A DNA stretch of 64,000 bases from Nitrospinaceae bacterium. Lineage in GTDB: Bacteria > Nitrospinota > Nitrospinia > Nitrospinales > VA-1. The stretch is taken from contig JAJDAZ010000039.1 in the NCBI GenBank assembly GCA_029261595.1, positions 21,861-85,860 of the forward strand. The letters run 5' to 3'. The notes under the pieces were generated by a model, which had not been told where the DNA came from, did no database searches, and saw only the letters and a list, made by a program, of their open reading frames with translations. Shown piece after piece: positions 63,217 through 64,000 of this stretch. Each line of letters opens with the position of its first letter. Positions within the stretch are counted from its first letter, which is position 1. The translations under genes and the position numbers were made by a program.

Positions 63217-64000
63217 TTAGTCTTTGGCGATTTTATAAATATAATACTGCTGGGAGATCGTTAAAATGTTGTTCACTGTCCAGTAAATGACCAGTCCCGA
63301 AGGAAAGGATAGAAACAGGAACGTGAAAATGATGGGTAAAAACATCATGATCTTTTGTTGTACCGGATCGCCGACCGAGGGGGAAAGCCGCTGTTGAATA
63401 AACATGGTGGCCCCCATGATGACCGGAGTCACATAGTAGGGGTCGCTGACCGAAAGGTCCTGAATCCAGCCCATGAATGGCGCCCCGCGTAATTCGATGG
63501 AAAAAAACAAGGCGTGATAGAGCGCAATGAAGACCGGAATCTGCAGGAGCATGGGGAGACAACCTCCCAGAGGATTCACCTTATGCTTTTTGTATAGCTC
63601 CAGCATCTCCTCGTTTATCTTTTGCCGGTCGCCCTTGTTGCGTTCCTGAATGAGTTTGACGTAAGGCTGGACCTTCTGCATGCCCTTCATGGACTTGAAA
63701 CTTTTGTGGGTCAGGGGAAAAAATATCAGTTTGATGATGAAGGTCAAAAAGATGATGGACCAGCCATAGTTGCCGGTGATGCCATGAAAATATTCCAAAG
63801 TTTTGAGCAGGGGTTTGACCAGAAACGCCACCTTGTTGCCAAACCACCCGTAGTCCAGCAGTCGAAACAGCTTGTGCCCGGAATCTTCCAGCACCTGCAA
63901 TTGCTTGGTGCCGGTATAAATTAAATACGAAGAATTGGTGGCCGACTGAACCGATTCGAGGTCCAGGCCGACATAAAGCTTGCCGTCCTCCTTTTGCACC
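63217..64000 (-). CDS. yidC: Membrane protein insertase YidC (C-terminal part; the gene continues beyond the window)
   Basis: GNYGWSIIFLTFIIKLIFFPL, VNPLGGCLPMLLQIPVFIALY, and the C-terminal TM5-6 region. The frame is open to the window edge. Confidence 0.9.
   Translation of the reverse strand, partial: VQKEDGKLYVGLDLESVQSATNSSYLIYTGTKQLQVLEDSGHKLFRLLDYGWFGNKVAFLVKPLLKTLEYFHGITGNYGWSIIFLTFIIKLIFFPLTHKSFKSMKGMQKVQPYVKLIQERNKGDRQKINEEMLELYKKHKVNPLGGCLPMLLQIPVFIALYHALFFSIELRGAPFMGWIQDLSVSDPYYVTPVIMGATMFIQQRLSPSVGDPVQQKIMMFLPIIFTFLFLSFPSGLVIYWTVNNILTISQQYYIYKIAKD

Overview
64-kb chromosomal segment of a motile, diderm bacterium with moderate GC. The taxon cannot be assigned from sequence alone. 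I support about 60 protein genes, 3 tRNAs (Lys-UUU, Glu-UUC, Phe-GAA) and several promoters, operators and terminators. Most of the window is ordinary core or regulatory content. This includes the oxidative pentose-phosphate operon gnd-zwf-pgl, ilvE, leuCD, fused aroD-aroE, mnmE, yidC, ntrBC, an ECF sigma/anti-sigma pair, and a TetR-RND-LolA-like-porin export cluster. It also includes a MarR/NmrA/catalase/ankyrin oxidative-stress block, a CHASE2 cyclase with a FecR partner, csrA-fliW, and a late flagellar cluster with a sigma-54 activator. No CRISPR array, transposase, integrase or reverse transcriptase was seen. The best candidates for something undescribed are listed here. (1) A decayed tRNA-Glu integration islet at 21.5-24.4 kb. 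It has a degenerate 52-nt copy of the tRNA 3' part and two diverged ~445-bp repeat units. Each unit encodes a small 6-Cys protein of no recognisable family, and together they bracket an AT-rich EEP-family nuclease/phosphatase gene next to a membrane-anchored LuxR-type regulator. (2) A 650-nt ORF-free region (42.65-43.3 kb) whose minus strand is packed with AGGA/GGA motifs, in a genome that encodes CsrA-FliW; it may be a CsrA-titrating RNA. (3) Two near-consensus sigma-28 promoters placed face-to-face at 58.05-58.2 kb, one of them with no gene to drive. (4) An uninterrupted MiaA-TM-Slt70 fusion ORF. (5) An ECF sigma / RsrA-type zinc anti-sigma pair directly upstream of arsM. All functional calls rest on motif recognition by eye. 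No database search was run.
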